Assembly (NCBI GenBank): GCA_045633565.1
Contig: JAZQYO010000026.1
Location: forward strand, 915-64,914
Source: Clostridia bacterium
GTDB taxonomy: Bacteria > Bacillota > Clostridia > RUG12999
DNA length: 64,000 nt
Reading direction: 5' to 3'
The notes below the pieces were generated by a model. That model was not told the DNA's origin. It ran no database searches and saw only the letters and a program-made list of their open reading frames with translations. This document shows, in pieces, positions 63,404 through 64,000 of this stretch. A program made the translations under genes and the position numbers. Within the stretch, counting starts at the first letter, position 1, and every line of letters begins with the position of its first letter.

Positions 63404-64000
63404 GAATTTGTTCCTCCATTTTCAAATATTTTTCCACATTGGTCAGCGTGGACAGGTTATCCAGAAGGCTTATCATAAAACTTCCGTTTCCCTTTTCGGT
63501 TTCGGCAAGCTCACCACACACGCCCAAAACCGCACAAGCCGCAACTGCTGCTTCCGTACCAGCTGCAGCTGATAAATAGGTTGCACAAAGTGCTCCAAGC
63601 ATACATCCCGTGCCGGTAACTTTTGAAAGCTTTTCACATCCGTTTTTTATCCGGGTTACTCTTTTGCCATTTGTAATAATATCAATTTTTCCGCTTGCAA
63701 GAACTACTGCTCCGTTTTTTTCTGCCAACTTTGCTCCAATGCCACTGATATCCCCCAACTTTTCAGCATCCACTCCCGCAGAATAATATTCCGGATTCTG
63801 CAAAGCGACAATTTCCGAATAATTTCCCTTTATTATAGCCGGACGATATTTCTCTATAAGCTTTAACGCCAGTCTTCTTCGCAATCCGGAGCAGGCAACT
63901 CCCACAACATCAATAACAATCGGGATACCTTTTTCTGCCGCTGTAGCTGCCGCTATCTGCATGGATTTTATCCTGACTTCGGTAATATTTCCAAAGTTTA
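63390..64000 (-). CDS. thiM: Hydroxyethylthiazole kinase, 5'-truncated by the window end
   Basis: IPIVIDVVGVACSGLRR...VTGTGCMLGALCA matches the ThiM core. The reading frame stays open to position 64000, so the true N-terminus lies outside the window. thiM-thiE-thiD operon. Confidence 0.85.
   Translation of the reverse strand, partial: NFGNITEVRIKSMQIAAATAAEKGIPIVIDVVGVACSGLRRRLALKLIEKYRPAIIKGNYSEIVALQNPEYYSAGVDAEKLGDISGIGAKLAEKNGAVVLASGKIDIITNGKRVTRIKNGCEKLSKVTGTGCMLGALCATYLSAAAGTEAAVAACAVLGVCGELAETEKGNGSFMISLLDNLSTLTNVEKYLKMEEQILEEI

Noticed and set aside
1-64000. CRISPR arrays, rRNA genes, IS transposases
   Set aside because: No short regularly spaced direct repeats, no rRNA-like conserved stretches, and no DDE or Y1 (IS200) transposase ORFs were seen. 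The only recombinases are the tyrosine and serine recombinases of the IME.

Overview
This window reads as a Clostridia-type Firmicutes chromosome. Evidence: spoVT, a SCIFF peptide with its radical-SAM maturase, SLH-domain and SpoIIM-like proteins, a Bacillus-type long SRP RNA, and GGAGG-type ribosome-binding sites.

Positions 1-24.6 kb and 53.7-64 kb are moderately GC-rich housekeeping DNA. The left block runs: S8 protease N-terminus, ybaB, dnaX, SRP RNA, SNF2 helicase, M18 aminopeptidase, SLT, coaE, polA, tmk-like, thyX, cell-wall polysaccharide genes, spoVT, SCIFF with maturase, decarboxylase, RNase P RNA, CNNM-family protein and tRNA-Leu. The right block runs: flavodoxin-like protein, acyl-ACP thioesterase, MocR regulator, pdxK, ECF S component, cysK, permeases, DAG kinase, thiD, thiE and thiM.

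Between them lies a roughly 29-kb AT-rich accessory island (about 24.9-53.7 kb) that starts immediately next to tRNA-Leu(CAG). It contains three parts:
- (i) A retron-type reverse transcriptase operon. A consensus promoter is followed by a roughly 300-nt structured untranslated leader, a 61-aa single-TM protein and the RT. A TnpV-like module sits next to it.
- (ii) A 14-kb minus-strand operon under a TetR regulator. It encodes three ABC exporters (one YknXYZ/MacAB-like with a HlyD adaptor), a SpoIIM/DUF95-like membrane protein, two tandem 83-aa paralogous hydrophobic peptides, a big SLH surface protein and an FtsH paralog.
- (iii) An integrative mobilizable element (42.6-53.7 kb). It carries a tyrosine recombinase, a large serine recombinase, RepA_N, MobC, a relaxase and ParB, plus a cargo trio of Ser/Thr kinase, sigma-70 factor and zinc-ribbon protein.

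Two copies of a roughly 277-bp element with perfect 11-bp terminal inverted repeats sit inside the loops of GC-rich bidirectional terminator hairpins (1.0-1.3 kb and 54.3-54.6 kb). The two copies show compensatory changes in their internal hairpin, and an apparently empty hairpin of the same type lies at 25.03 kb.

Smaller items: a small AT-rich islet between ffs and the SNF2 helicase (XRE regulator, TM2 and DUF2752 membrane proteins); a frameshifted DUF559 endonuclease pseudogene; and a 23-nt duplicate of the tRNA-Leu 5' end. No CRISPR array was seen.
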